From an uncultured Lachnospiraceae bacterium (GTDB lineage Bacteria; Bacillota; Clostridia; Lachnospirales; Lachnospiraceae): a DNA stretch of 64,000 nucleotides. The first letter of the stretch is position 1, and each line of letters opens with the position of its first letter. The stretch spans positions 1,050 through 65,049 of the forward strand of contig CAJUSS010000003.1 of the NCBI GenBank assembly GCA_910588895.1. Direction: 5' to 3'. The position numbers and the translations under genes were made by a program. Positions 36,858 through 47,256 of the stretch are shown in pieces. The notes below the pieces were generated by a model. That model worked only from the letters and a program-made list of their open reading frames with translations. It did not search any database and had not been told where the DNA came from.

Positions 36858-37478
36858 TCAATCCATCAATGTCTCCCAATGCTCTGCATGGTATGCATCA
36901 AAGCACATCCGGATCTGCTTTGCATCATTCTTTTCTTCTGCCAATGCAGGCAGCTCATGAAGACCGAAATAACAGCTCTCCACAGTCTCCAGGTTCGGCA
37001 CAAACTGCCCTCCGGTCACCGAGCAGAGGATGAAGATCTTGCAGACCTTATAGGCATAGATCGGCCGGTTATGCTTTTCCCTGTCCTGGACGGCGATCAC
37101 CCGATCCGCCGTCACATCCAGGCCGGCCTCCTCCTTGATCTCCTTGATCACATTTTCCTTCACGGACAGATCCACGTCCACCCAGCCTCCAGGCAGGGAC
37201 CAGGTGCCGTTGCTCTCCTTCACCAGCAGGATCTTATCGTCCTTAAAGACCGCTCCGCGGGTATCCAGCTTCGGGGTCTGATAGCCGATCTCGCCGCAGA
37301 ACAGATCCTTCACCTTCTCCATGGGGATATCCGTCTTATCGCTGATCATCTCCGCCGCTATGGCGCGGACCTGCTCATATCGCTCCTGGTCAAATGGGTC
37401 TTTTCCGTAATACAGGCCGGCCTGCGCGATGCTCTGCAGGCGCACGGCCCATTGGAGCCATCTCTCATTTTTATCCAT
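36858..37478 (-). CDS. NUDIX hydrolase with N-terminal Nudix_N domain (YjhB-like)
   Basis: LQSIAQAGLYY..FDQERY, GYQTPKLD, LPGG...KEIKEEAG. Confidence 0.9.
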   Translation of the reverse strand: MDKNERWLQWAVRLQSIAQAGLYYGKDPFDQERYEQVRAIAAEMISDKTDIPMEKVKDLFCGEIGYQTPKLDTRGAVFKDDKILLVKESNGTWSLPGGWVDVDLSVKENVIKEIKEEAGLDVTADRVIAVQDREKHNRPIYAYKVCKIFILCSVTGGQFVPNLETVESCYFGLHELPALAEEKNDAKQIRMCFDAYHAEHWETLMD

Positions 37479-37591
37479 GCTCTGTCTCTCCTTTACGGCC
37501 CCCTCCATTTCACCTATCTCGTTCACCAGCTCCAGCGTCTGCACGGCCGATGTCTGCCTATTTATCGTCTGCTCACCTGTCATCTCCGCTC

Positions 37592-38353
37592 TCATCGCCC
37601 TACAGGCTCCGCCTCCCAGCTGCGGATCATCCCGCTGAGCCCATCGATCTCAAACTCATACTCCATCCCGTCATAGACGATCTTCCCCTCGTACTCGATC
37701 CGACCGTCGTCGCGGTCCATCTCAAATTCCCGGATATCTGCATCTGCGGCTCCCGGGACATTTGCCAGAGCCAGAGCCTTTACCTCCTCTGCCGTAAGTC
37801 CGCTCCCATCGAGAGCTGCCGACGGAGCATAGCCTTCTGCATCATAGTCGTAGCCGATCACCTCCCCCGTATCCGCGTCGATCTCATAGTCATACTCCTT
37901 GCCGTCCTGGGTATAGAACTCAACCTCATAGACCTGACGGCCTTTTTCATAGTCTGCCTTGCTCTGGATATAGGTCACCTGCTCTGGGGTCAGGCCGACA
38001 TGGGCCAAAGCCTTTTCCTCTGCCTCCTTTGCAGTGAGCGCTCCGCTCCCTTCTTTTGCGCTGCCGTCGGATCCGGCAGGATCGCCGGAGCTTACGCTTT
38101 TGTCAGCCTTTGCTGTGCCGGCCTGCTCCTGGCCGGCCGGAGCGGCGGGGACCGCCTGCTGGGATGACTGGTCCGGCGGGACTGTCTCATCAGCAGTCTC
38201 TGCCTCTGCTCCACTTTGCTCCTGCACGGCAGCAGTCCCCTCCCCTCTCGGTGCCCCTGCCCCTTTTTGCTGTCCGCAGCCCACGGACAACAGGGCCAAA
38301 ATGACCAGCACACCTGCACGGTGGGCAATACGCATACAACCAACTTGTCTCAT
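37592..38353 (-). CDS. PepSY-domain lipoprotein
   Basis: Lipobox SVGC; two PepSY repeats (YEVEF..EYDYEIDADTGEV; YEFEIDGLSG). Confidence 0.85.
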   Translation of the reverse strand: MRQVGCMRIAHRAGVLVILALLSVGCGQQKGAGAPRGEGTAAVQEQSGAEAETADETVPPDQSSQQAVPAAPAGQEQAGTAKADKSVSSGDPAGSDGSAKEGSGALTAKEAEEKALAHVGLTPEQVTYIQSKADYEKGRQVYEVEFYTQDGKEYDYEIDADTGEVIGYDYDAEGYAPSAALDGSGLTAEEVKALALANVPGAADADIREFEMDRDDGRIEYEGKIVYDGMEYEFEIDGLSGMIRSWEAEPVGR

Positions 38354-38773
38354 GATCGATCTCCTCCTCTTCTTTTTTCTGTCAATATCTACTCCTGTCA
38401 AACCTCTATCGCTCTTTCCTTCCGCTCCCCTTTCGATCGTAAGATCCGCTATAAAGTATACTGCATGATCTGGGTAAAAGTCAATGTCCGAAGACCCGGT
38501 CAAGTATCTGTATCTATACAGCGGCCGGCGGCGCATGGCCATTAGCCATAAAGCAATTTTATTCCGTCTTTATACAATATATATTTGACATTTAGTTTAA
38601 TATATGTTATTCTATGACTATGCCGAGGAGGAAACGAAAAAGCAGGGGCTGCAGACTGCCCCACACGTCTGATGCTCTCCAGTCTCCTGACCGGCAGCGA
38701 TGAACATGTTCTGTATATGTCCGGAAAGTCCGCGTACAAGCTTTCTGGCGTACAAAGAAAAGGCGGTGATAGC

Positions 38774-38980
38774 TTGAAAAATCTAAAACTAAAGGCCGCC
38801 CGGGCCGGAAAGGATCTGGCCCAGGGGGATCTGGCCGCACTGGTGGGGGTCACCCGGCAGACGATCGGCATGATCGAAGCGGGAAAGTATAACCCCACAC
38901 TGAACCTGTGCCTGGCGATCTGCCACGCACTGGATAAAACATTGGACGATCTGTTTTGGGAAGAAAGAAAGGAGTCATGA
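38774..38980 (+). CDS. Small XRE-family HTH regulator
   Basis: TTG start; LAALVGVTRQTIGMIEAGKYNPTLNL..LDDLF; promoter TTGACA-N17-TATTCT at about 38585-38613. Confidence 0.9.
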   Translation: MKNLKLKAARAGKDLAQGDLAALVGVTRQTIGMIEAGKYNPTLNLCLAICHALDKTLDDLFWEERKES

Positions 38981-38983
38981 GCG

Positions 38984-39430
38984 ATGGCAGATGAAAGGAT
39001 CATGCAAGGACAACAAAAGATATGGAGTGAGATGGGTCGGATCATGTATTTTCTGGCCGTAGGGTCTTTCCTGTTAAAGTGCCTGGCTATGCACAAGAGC
39101 CTGGAGGACTGCATAGTGGAGTTTTTGATCATCGTGGGCGTACCGGTATATCACCTTATCCGTTCCTGGCAGCTGAAATTATCCTTCCGGACCACAAACG
39201 ATGAGAAGGGGCGCCGTTCCCGGATAAGGGCGCTGGCCTTTCGGCTGGCGGTGGTGGCGGTCATCTTTGCCGTCTATCTCCTCCAGGAGCCGCAGAAGGA
39301 CTGGAGAGAGGTGCTGGTCTATGTCCTCTCCTTCTTAGCTGCCTTCCAGGCCTGCCAGATGCTGATGGTCTTTATCGAGCGGAAGCGGGCGGATAAGCTG
39401 GAGGAGGAGTATGATGATGAACAAGGGTGA
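38984..39430 (+). CDS. Small 4-TM membrane protein (DUF6773-like) coupled to the XRE gene
   Basis: MADERI start, four hydrophobic segments, basic then acidic tail. Confidence 0.7.
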   Translation: MADERIMQGQQKIWSEMGRIMYFLAVGSFLLKCLAMHKSLEDCIVEFLIIVGVPVYHLIRSWQLKLSFRTTNDEKGRRSRIRALAFRLAVVAVIFAVYLLQEPQKDWREVLVYVLSFLAAFQACQMLMVFIERKRADKLEEEYDDEQG

Positions 39431-39529
39431 GCGATCTGGCCGGACCTATCGCTAAAAAGCCGGTCCTGACCAGATGCTCACCAAAGATCATCACAAGGTC
39501 TTTAGATGGGGCTGCCGCAAAACAGCTAC

Positions 39530-39584
39530 TATATGCAAGATAGAGCATCCTGTCTATAGGATATGCATCTATATCTTGCATATA
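39530..39584. terminator. Hairpin between convergent units
   Basis: TATATGCAAGAT...ATCTTGCATATA arms. Confidence 0.5.
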
Positions 39585-39755
39585 TGCTGTATCTTGCGAC
39601 AGTCTCATCTTTGCGCTCTGCCTTGCCATCACTTGACGATCTCCTGCTCCTGCATTCGAAATGATCTCCCGATCGCTTTCATATTGCAGCCCCCGTCGAT
39701 CTTCTTGTTCCCGAACGAGCAGGAGGACCACAGCCTTCCATACTGTCCGCAGGCT

Positions 39756-40541
39756 TTACAAGATCACCTTCGCCGGACACTTGGCCGCGCACTTCCCGCA
39801 GTTCGTACACTTGCTGTAGTCGATCACGGCCACATTGTTGTCCATGTGGATCGCGTCCGCCTCGCACTGCTTGGTACACAGGGTGCAGCCGATACAGCCG
39901 CTATCGCACTTGGCCTTGACGTCCTTGCCCTTGTCATGGGAGGAGCACTGGACCAGATGCTCTGCCTTATACGGCACCAGCTCGATCAGATGGTTCGGGC
40001 AGGCCGCCACGCACTTGCCGCAGGCCACGCACTTCTCTTTATCCACCACGGCTACGCCGTCCACCACATGGATGGCGTCAAACTGACAGGCCTTCACGCA
40101 GCTGCCATAGCCCATACAGCCATAGATACAGGCCTTCTCGCCCGCACCGGGGACCACCGCTACCTTGCTGCAGTCGTCGATGCCATAGTAATTGTATTTC
40201 ACCCTGGTCTTATCGCAGGTGCCTTTACACTTTACAAAGGCCACCTTTTTCTCTGCGCTCCCGCTCTCCACGCCCATGATCGCGGCGATCTTATCCGCCA
40301 CCGGAGCGCCGCCCACCGGACAGCCGTTCACCGGAGCGGTGCCCGCAGCGATCGCGGCTGCTAAGCCGTCACAGCCCGGGAAGCCGCAGCCGCCGCAGTT
40401 ATTGCCGGGAAGCTCGGCGCGGACCAGGATCTCTTTTTCATCTACCTCAACCTTAAACGCTTCACTGGCGATCCCCAGGAGCACACCGATAATGATACCG
40501 ATCGCACCGATGATGACCGCCGCTAAAAGCAAACCTGTCAT
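39756..40541 (-). CDS. rnfB: Rnf complex subunit B
   Basis: LPGNNCGGCGFPGC plus several CxxCxxC ferredoxin motifs. Confidence 0.95.
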   Translation of the reverse strand: MTGLLLAAVIIGAIGIIIGVLLGIASEAFKVEVDEKEILVRAELPGNNCGGCGFPGCDGLAAAIAAGTAPVNGCPVGGAPVADKIAAIMGVESGSAEKKVAFVKCKGTCDKTRVKYNYYGIDDCSKVAVVPGAGEKACIYGCMGYGSCVKACQFDAIHVVDGVAVVDKEKCVACGKCVAACPNHLIELVPYKAEHLVQCSSHDKGKDVKAKCDSGCIGCTLCTKQCEADAIHMDNNVAVIDYSKCTNCGKCAAKCPAKVIL

Positions 40542-40553
40542 ATCTCTCCCTCC

Positions 40554-41129
40554 TTAGATCATTCCTGAGAAGCCCATGAACGCGATCGCCATCAGCCCGG
40601 AGGTGATCAGTACGATCGGTGAACCCTGGAAATTAAATGGGATATCATTGTCCTCGATGCTCTCCCGGATGCTGGCCAGCAGCACGATCGCGATCGTAAA
40701 GCCTACCGCCGTACCGATCCCGTTCGCCACGCTGAAGATGAAACCGTAGCCCTTCTGTACATTGGTCAGGGCAGCGCCCAGCACCGCGCAGTTGGTGGTG
40801 ATCAGGGGAAGGAACACGCCCAGGGCCTGATACAGGGAAGGCACGTTCTTCTTTAAGAACATCTCCACGAACTGCACCAGGGCCGCGATCACCAGGATGA
40901 AGGCGATCGTCTGTAAGTACTCCAGCTTTAAGGGCTCCAGCACAAAGGAATACACCAGGTTCGTGGCGATACAAGCCAACGTGATAACAAAGATCACGGC
41001 GCCGCCCATGCCCACGGACGTATCCACCTTTTTGGAAACGCCAAGGAACGGGCAGAGACCTTGGAACTGGCTCAGGATGATGTTATTTACCAGAGCAGAT
41101 CCAACAATGATCAAGATCAATTCTTTCAT
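40554..41129 (-). CDS. rnfA: Rnf complex subunit A
   Basis: GLCPFLGVS, PLITTNCAVLG. Confidence 0.95.
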   Translation of the reverse strand: MKELILIIVGSALVNNIILSQFQGLCPFLGVSKKVDTSVGMGGAVIFVITLACIATNLVYSFVLEPLKLEYLQTIAFILVIAALVQFVEMFLKKNVPSLYQALGVFLPLITTNCAVLGAALTNVQKGYGFIFSVANGIGTAVGFTIAIVLLASIRESIEDNDIPFNFQGSPIVLITSGLMAIAFMGFSGMI

Positions 41130-41142
41130 CTATCCGATCCTC

Positions 41143-41967
41143 CTATTCTCCAGCTTTCTTTTCTGCGTCCGCACCGGCTGCCGCCTTCTTCGCCTCGGCC
41201 TCTTTCTTGGCCTGGGCCGCCTTTAAGGCCGCTTCCTTCTTTGCCGCGGCCGCCTTCTCCTCTTCTCTTGCCCGGATTTCCTCCAGCTTGGCATGGTTGG
41301 CCGCACATGCGGAGCCGTTGCAGCTTGAGCAGTTGCCGCCGCAGGCAAGGGCCGACTTGGGCGCGGAGCCGTTGGTAGCCGACGGAGCCTTGAACTTGTT
41401 CTGGAGCGCGGTCAGGCCTGCCAGCACAAAGAACGCGCCGGGAGCCAGGCCGAAGATCGTGATGCGGAAGTCCTCCGGGACGATCTCCATCCCAAAGAAA
41501 GCGCCGTTGCCTAAGAACTCACGGAAGATGGCGATACAGGTCAGGCCCACGGTAAAGCCAAGGCCCATGCCGATCCCGTCAAATGCGGAGCTCACCACAT
41601 CGTTCTTCGCCGCATACGCCTCTGCACGGCCCAGGATGATACAGTTCACCACGATCAGCGGGATATAGATACCTAAGGATTCATACAGGCTGGGGATATA
41701 GGCCTGCAAAAGCAGCTGGACCACCGTCACCAGAGATGCCACGATGACGATATATGCCGGGATACGCACCCGGTCCGGGATGATCTTCCGCAGCGCGGAA
41801 ATGATCAGGTTCGAAAACACCAGGACCGCCGTGGTGGACAATCCCATACCCACGCCGTTGATCGCCGTCGTGGTGACAGCCAGGGTCGGGCACATGCCTA
41901 ACATCAGGACGAAGGTCGGGTTTTCTTTGATGATACCGTTGTATAAACGTTCTGCACATTTATTCAT
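41143..41967 (-). CDS. rnfE: Rnf complex subunit E with Cys-rich and Ala/Lys-rich C-terminal extension
   Basis: ENP, GMCPTLAVT, PLIVVNCIILGRAE. Confidence 0.95.
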   Translation of the reverse strand: MNKCAERLYNGIIKENPTFVLMLGMCPTLAVTTTAINGVGMGLSTTAVLVFSNLIISALRKIIPDRVRIPAYIVIVASLVTVVQLLLQAYIPSLYESLGIYIPLIVVNCIILGRAEAYAAKNDVVSSAFDGIGMGLGFTVGLTCIAIFREFLGNGAFFGMEIVPEDFRITIFGLAPGAFFVLAGLTALQNKFKAPSATNGSAPKSALACGGNCSSCNGSACAANHAKLEEIRAREEEKAAAAKKEAALKAAQAKKEAEAKKAAAGADAEKKAGE

Positions 41968-41978
41968 TTTCCCACCTC

Positions 41979-42590
41979 CTACTGTGCCATGCAGTTCTTT
42001 GCAAAATAAACTGCTGCATTGACCGCGCCAGTGACCGCATTGCTGGTGATCGTGGCGCCGCTGATCGCGTTGATCTCGTTATCCGCCGACGCGCCGTTCT
42101 TCGTGACGGCGAACTGGTCCACGTTCTTGCCCGCATACTGGCCCTTCCACTCCGGCTGCTGGGCGTTCATACCAAGGCCCGCGGTCTCGCCGATCGCCAA
42201 AAATTCGATGCCGCTGACCGTGCCGTCTGCCTGGATGCCTACCGATACGGTGATCGCGCCGCCGTAGCCGTCATTGGAGGTGGAGGTCACCACGAAGCCC
42301 ACCGGCGCGCCGGAAGCGTCCACGCCTGTGGCTGCCTCGTCCACGGTCACATTGCCAAAGCCCATGCCGGCGATATCCGCGTTAGCTGTAGCCATAAGAT
42401 CGGTCATATCGTCCGCCTCAAAGGAGTCGGCCTCCGGGAGCACCACCTTGTAAGCCTCTGACTTTGCTGCCAGCTCCGCCTCCGCGATGGGGCCCTTTGT
42501 CATCTCATACACACCGCCCAGACATGCCCCTGCCACCAATGTGATCGCGAACAGGATCAGGGCGTCTTTCATAAATCCACCTTTACTCAT
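41979..42590 (-). CDS. rnfG: Rnf complex subunit G
   Basis: GYGG, ETAGLG, SGATITS flavinylation motif. Confidence 0.95.
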   Translation of the reverse strand: MSKGGFMKDALILFAITLVAGACLGGVYEMTKGPIAEAELAAKSEAYKVVLPEADSFEADDMTDLMATANADIAGMGFGNVTVDEAATGVDASGAPVGFVVTSTSNDGYGGAITVSVGIQADGTVSGIEFLAIGETAGLGMNAQQPEWKGQYAGKNVDQFAVTKNGASADNEINAISGATITSNAVTGAVNAAVYFAKNCMAQ

Positions 42591-43513
42591 GCCTTTTTGC
42601 CCTCCTTTCCAAATGCTGTGGGAAGGGTATAGCGCTCGATCAGCGGGACCAGCATGTTGCTGATGATGATCGCATAAGAAACACCCTCAGCGGAGCCGCC
42701 GAACAGCCTGAACAGACCGGTGAGCACACCTAAGAGGATACCGAACACGATCTGACCCTTTGGCGTGATCGGGCTGGTGACATAATCCGTCGCCATAAAG
42801 AATGCGCCGAAGAGCAGGCCGCCGCCGCACACATGGGCAGCCACAAAGCTCATATCCTGCTGTCCGAAGATGAACACGAACACGGCCGTGGTCACTATGT
42901 AGGTGACCGGGATCCGCAGGGAGATCACCTTCTTGTACACCATGTAGGCCGCGCCTGCCAGCAGGGCCAGAACTGACACCTCACCGATGGTGCCGGGGAT
43001 ACGTCCCACGAACATAGCGGCCAGATCCACCGTCTGACCGGCCTTTAGCTGCGCCAGCGGCGTAGCTCCGGACCAGCCGTCAAGGGCGAAGCTGGACATC
43101 TTGCCGGCAAAGGAGATCAAAAGGAAGCAGCGGCCTGCCAGGGCCGGGTTCATGAAGTTCTGGCCCAGGCCGCCGTAAAGCTGCTTCACCACCACGATCG
43201 CAAAGATACCGCCCAGAGCCGGGATCCATAAGGGGATGCCCGCCGGCATGTTCAGCGCCAGGATCATCCCGGTCACCAGGGCGCTGCCGTCCGCCACCGT
43301 GATGGGGAGCCCCATGGCACGCTCATAAACATATTCGCTGAGAGCACAGGCCGCCATGGTGACCACGATCACTAAGAGCGCCTGGATGCCAAACTGATAA
43401 ACACCGAAGGCTGCCGCCGGAAGCATGGCGATCAGCACATCGTACATGATACTTTTCGTTGTCACCGTGTCCCTGACGTGAGGGGAAGATGATACGTTTA
43501 ATGATCGACTCAT
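42587..43513 (-). CDS. rnfD: Rnf complex subunit D
   Basis: SSPH, GGLGQNFMNPA, SGATPL, FMATD. Confidence 0.95.
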   Translation of the reverse strand: MSRSLNVSSSPHVRDTVTTKSIMYDVLIAMLPAAAFGVYQFGIQALLVIVVTMAACALSEYVYERAMGLPITVADGSALVTGMILALNMPAGIPLWIPALGGIFAIVVVKQLYGGLGQNFMNPALAGRCFLLISFAGKMSSFALDGWSGATPLAQLKAGQTVDLAAMFVGRIPGTIGEVSVLALLAGAAYMVYKKVISLRIPVTYIVTTAVFVFIFGQQDMSFVAAHVCGGGLLFGAFFMATDYVTSPITPKGQIVFGILLGVLTGLFRLFGGSAEGVSYAIIISNMLVPLIERYTLPTAFGKEGKKA

Positions 43514-43526
43514 TTCCTTATCCCTC

Positions 43527-44852
43527 CTACGCTTTTTTTCTGCGGTTGGCCGCAACCTGTTTTCTCATGTCCTTAAAGGCCTGGGTGAGCGGACGCTTGG
43601 CGGGACATACATAGGTACAGCTGCCGCACTCCATACACTCCATGCCGTTCACCTTCTCAAAGCCCTCGCAGTCATTCTTTAAGGCCGCCCGCATCATCAT
43701 GGGCGGTACGATATGGCTGGGACAAGCGGCCACACAGCGGCCGCAGCGGATACAGGGTGTAGGCTCCATAGCCGCCACCATGTCCTTGGTAAAGCAGGTG
43801 AGGGCCGAGGAGGTCTTCGCCACGGGGACGTCGGTGGTGTAGATGGCCATGCCCATCATAGGACCGCCGGAGATGATCTTCTCTGGCTCTTCTTTAAAGC
43901 CGCCGGCCGCCTCGATCAGCTCCTGATAATTGGTCCCCAGCTTCACGCTGAAGTTCTTAGGATCGGCCACCGCGTCGCCGGTGATGGTGATGATCTTGCG
44001 GATCAGCGGGGTCTGCAGGCACACCGCATTGTAGATCGCGATGACCGTATCGATGTTATCTACGATACAGCCTGCGTCCGCGGGGAGCATGGAGGAATTG
44101 ACGCTGCGCCCGGTGACGGCGTAGATCAGGGAACGCTCGCCGCCCTGGGGGTACTTGGTCAGGAGCTCGCAGACCTCGATCCGCGGCTCATCCTTCACCA
44201 GCTCCTTAAGCTTCTTGATCGCCTCCGGCTTATTGTTCTCGATGCCGATCACGCCCTTAGCGTTATCGAAAAGGGACAGGATCACCTTCAGGCCCCCAAC
44301 GATCTTCTCCGGGGCCTCTAACATCATCCGGTAGTCGGAGGTCAGGTACGGCTCGCACTCCGCGCCGTTGACCAGGATGTAGTCGATCTTGGACTCATCC
44401 TTAGGCGTCAGCTTCACATGGGTGGGGAAGCCTGCCCCGCCCAGGCCTACGATGCCGGCCTCTTTGATGATGTTCCGGATCTCTTCCTTGTACATCCCCC
44501 TGTAGTCCCGCTCCTCGCCGAAATGGGGGACGGCCTCGTACAGGCCATCATTTTCCACGATGATGCTGTCCACCATCTGCCCGCTGACCACCAGCCTGGG
44601 CTCTACTGCTTTGACCGTACCGGATACGGAACAGATCACATTAGCGGATACAAAACCGCCTGCTTCCCCTATGATCTGGCCCATCAGCACACGGTCGCCT
44701 TTTTTCACCAGCGGTCTCGCCGGAGCGCCGATATGCTGGGACATGGGGAACACCAGCTCGCCTTTCGGCAGCAGTTCCTGAACCGGCTTGTTCTCTGACA
44801 GCTCTTTTCCTTCATAGGGATGAATGCCGCCTTTAAATGTAGCCAAACCCAT
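43527..44852 (-). CDS. rnfC: Rnf complex subunit C
   Basis: GGAGFPT, NGAECEP, GGPMMG, two CxxCxxC motifs. Confidence 0.96.
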   Translation of the reverse strand: MGLATFKGGIHPYEGKELSENKPVQELLPKGELVFPMSQHIGAPARPLVKKGDRVLMGQIIGEAGGFVSANVICSVSGTVKAVEPRLVVSGQMVDSIIVENDGLYEAVPHFGEERDYRGMYKEEIRNIIKEAGIVGLGGAGFPTHVKLTPKDESKIDYILVNGAECEPYLTSDYRMMLEAPEKIVGGLKVILSLFDNAKGVIGIENNKPEAIKKLKELVKDEPRIEVCELLTKYPQGGERSLIYAVTGRSVNSSMLPADAGCIVDNIDTVIAIYNAVCLQTPLIRKIITITGDAVADPKNFSVKLGTNYQELIEAAGGFKEEPEKIISGGPMMGMAIYTTDVPVAKTSSALTCFTKDMVAAMEPTPCIRCGRCVAACPSHIVPPMMMRAALKNDCEGFEKVNGMECMECGSCTYVCPAKRPLTQAFKDMRKQVAANRRKKA

Positions 44853-44934
44853 CTAACCAAACCCTCTTTCTATCACATTTTCTACTGCAACTCTGACCGG
44901 GCTGCTGACCTGTCCAGCCTTGGTCATCTTTAAC

Positions 44935-44963
44935 AGTATAACATACTTTGTTCCGCCACACAA
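44935..44963 (-). promoter_or_regulatory. rnf promoter
   Basis: TTGTGT-N17-TATACT with extended TG. Confidence 0.6.
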
Positions 44964-45112
44964 TTCTAAATTTCCCTATGGATCTGCGTGGATCTATCCC
45001 ATTTTCCCCATCATCTGTCGATCCAATGGAACTGCCGCCCTCGTTTTCTTGTTAAAATATATACAGGTCGGATACATGATACGATCCGATCGTTTTTGCA
45101 AAAAAACAAGGG

Positions 45113-45179
45113 GAAAGATCCGGCCGGACCGGTGGGAAAGATCGGTCGATCTTCCTCCCATGTCCCTGTCGGATCTTTC
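45113..45179. terminator. Long rod-like hairpin between the ABC exporter genes and the rnf promoter
   Basis: GAAAGATCCG/CGGATCTTTC outer arms, inner TGGGA-AAGATCG/CGATCTT-TCCCA; flanked by A-run and T-run. Confidence 0.5.
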
Positions 45180-45365
45180 TTTTTTCGGACTGTGTACGGA
45201 TCTGTTTTCTGAAAATTCCCTTTCTCTAACGGTTATGCGGATCGTGAAAAAAATATCCTGTTTTTCTCCGTGATCCTTGTACTATTTTTATATATTAGCC
45301 ATGCTTATCGATAAATATTAGAATAAATGATCGGCATGTGGCGTTCCGCAGACGGCGGATCCTTC

Positions 45366-47255
45366 TTATTCCAGCTCGGAAAGGCCTGTGTACAGCTCGT
45401 GGTAGCGGCCGTTCTGGGCCAGCAGGTCGTCATGATCCCCTCGCTCGATGATCTCCCCGTTCTCCAGCACCATGATGGCGTTGGCATTCCGCACCGTTGA
45501 CAGCCGGTGGGCGATCACGAAGGTAGTCCTATCCTTCATCAGCCGGTCCATACTGTGTTCGATGTGCTTCTCCGTGCGGGTATCTACGGAGCTGGTGGCC
45601 TCGTCCAAGATCAGGATCGGAGCCTTGGAGATCGCCGCCCGGGCGATATTTAAGAGCTGCCGCTGGCCCTGGCTCAAGTTGGCGCCGTCCCCCTCCAGCA
45701 TGGTGTCATAGCCCTTGGGGAGACGCATGATGAAGGAGTGGGCCGAGGCGGTCCTGGCAGCCTGTTCTACCTCCTCGTCGGTGGCGTCCAGACGGCCGTA
45801 GCGGATGTTCTCCCGCACGGTACCGGTAAAGAGGTGGGTGTCCTGCAGCACCATGGCGATGTTTTGCCGCAGGCTGTCCCGCTTTATGTCCTTGATGTCC
45901 ACACCGTCGATGGTGATGGTCCCGGACTGGATATCGTAGAACCGGTTGATCAGGTTGGTGATCGTGGTCTTTCCCGCTCCTGTAGATCCCACAAAAGCGA
46001 TCTTCTGGCCCGGCTTGGCATAGAGGCTGATGTTTTTCAAGATCACCTTTTCCGGCACATAGCCAAAGGTCACATGGTCGAACACCACATGGCCCTCCAT
46101 GGGCTCTAATGCCTTTGCGCCGGCCCTGTCGGCAGGCTCCGGCTCCTCGTCCATCACCTTGAACACGCGCTCAGCGCCGGCCAGGGCGGAGAACACATTG
46201 GAGATCTGTATGGAGATCTCATTGATCGGCCGGGAGAACTGGCGGGAAAAGTTTAAGAACACCGTCAGACCTCCTACGTCAAAGCCCTTCAGCACACAGA
46301 GCAGACCGCCGATGCATGCGGTCAGGGAATAGTTCACTTGGCTTAAGTTCCCCATCACCGGCCCCATGATGCCACCGAAGAACTGAGCCCGGATCTGATC
46401 GTCCCGCAGCTCCTCATTTAAAAGCCGAAACTCCTCCTCTGCCACATCCTCATGGCAGAACACCTTCACCACCTTCTGGCCGGTGACGGTCTCCTCGATA
46501 TAGCCGTTCAACGCGCCCAGGGAATATTGCTGGGCGGAGAAGAACCGCTGGCTCCGCCTGGCCACGCCGCCTCCGGCCTTCATCATCACCGGGATCAGCA
46601 GCAGGGTGACCACGGTCAGATATACGTTGGTATAGACCATCAAAAGGAAGGTGCCTACCAGGCTCAGCGCACCGGAGAACAGCTGCACCAGAGTGCTGCT
46701 GAGCATATTTCCGATCGTATCCACGTCATTGGTAAAACGGCTCATGATATCGCCATTAGCGTTGGTGTCGTAATAGCGCACCGGCAGGGCCTGCAGCTTG
46801 ATGAACAGCTCATCCCGCAGCCGCTGGAGAGCGTTCTGGGCCACGGTCAGCATCACCTTGGCCTGCAGGTAATTGGTCCATATCCCCACGGCATATACGC
46901 AGGCCATCACAACGAGGGCCCTTGCCAGCCCTGCCGCGTCTCCTCTGCTCCCGTCCACAGGCGCGATGTAGGTATTGATGATCGGCCGCAGCATATAGGA
47001 TCCGGCCAGATTGGCCGCGGTATTTACGACCACACAAAAGAGGGCCAGGATCATCTTTGACCGGTCCGCGCTCAAGTAGCCCATCAGACGGCCTATGGTC
47101 TTTTTCATCTCCTTCGGCTTGCCCTTGGCCATGCTCATCCGCCTGCGGCCGCCGGGACCCCCGTGCCCGCCCGGGCCTCCCGGACCGGCAGGGGCTTTTG
47201 CCGCTCGGCCCCCATATCTGCGTTTTAGACTTTTCTTTCTGGCTTCTGCATCCAT
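45366..47255 (-). CDS. Heterodimeric ABC exporter subunit (consensus Walker B)
   Basis: TMD plus GSTGAGKT, LSQGQ, LDEAT, AHR. Confidence 0.93.
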   Translation of the reverse strand: MDAEARKKSLKRRYGGRAAKAPAGPGGPGGHGGPGGRRRMSMAKGKPKEMKKTIGRLMGYLSADRSKMILALFCVVVNTAANLAGSYMLRPIINTYIAPVDGSRGDAAGLARALVVMACVYAVGIWTNYLQAKVMLTVAQNALQRLRDELFIKLQALPVRYYDTNANGDIMSRFTNDVDTIGNMLSSTLVQLFSGALSLVGTFLLMVYTNVYLTVVTLLLIPVMMKAGGGVARRSQRFFSAQQYSLGALNGYIEETVTGQKVVKVFCHEDVAEEEFRLLNEELRDDQIRAQFFGGIMGPVMGNLSQVNYSLTACIGGLLCVLKGFDVGGLTVFLNFSRQFSRPINEISIQISNVFSALAGAERVFKVMDEEPEPADRAGAKALEPMEGHVVFDHVTFGYVPEKVILKNISLYAKPGQKIAFVGSTGAGKTTITNLINRFYDIQSGTITIDGVDIKDIKRDSLRQNIAMVLQDTHLFTGTVRENIRYGRLDATDEEVEQAARTASAHSFIMRLPKGYDTMLEGDGANLSQGQRQLLNIARAAISKAPILILDEATSSVDTRTEKHIEHSMDRLMKDRTTFVIAHRLSTVRNANAIMVLENGEIIERGDHDDLLAQNGRYHELYTGLSELE

Positions 47256-47256
47256 C

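Noticed and set aside
45049..45066. Rex operator upstream of rnf (TTGTTAAAATATATACAG)
   Set aside because: Only one half-site matches well and it lies about 85 nt upstream of the -35; too weak to call.
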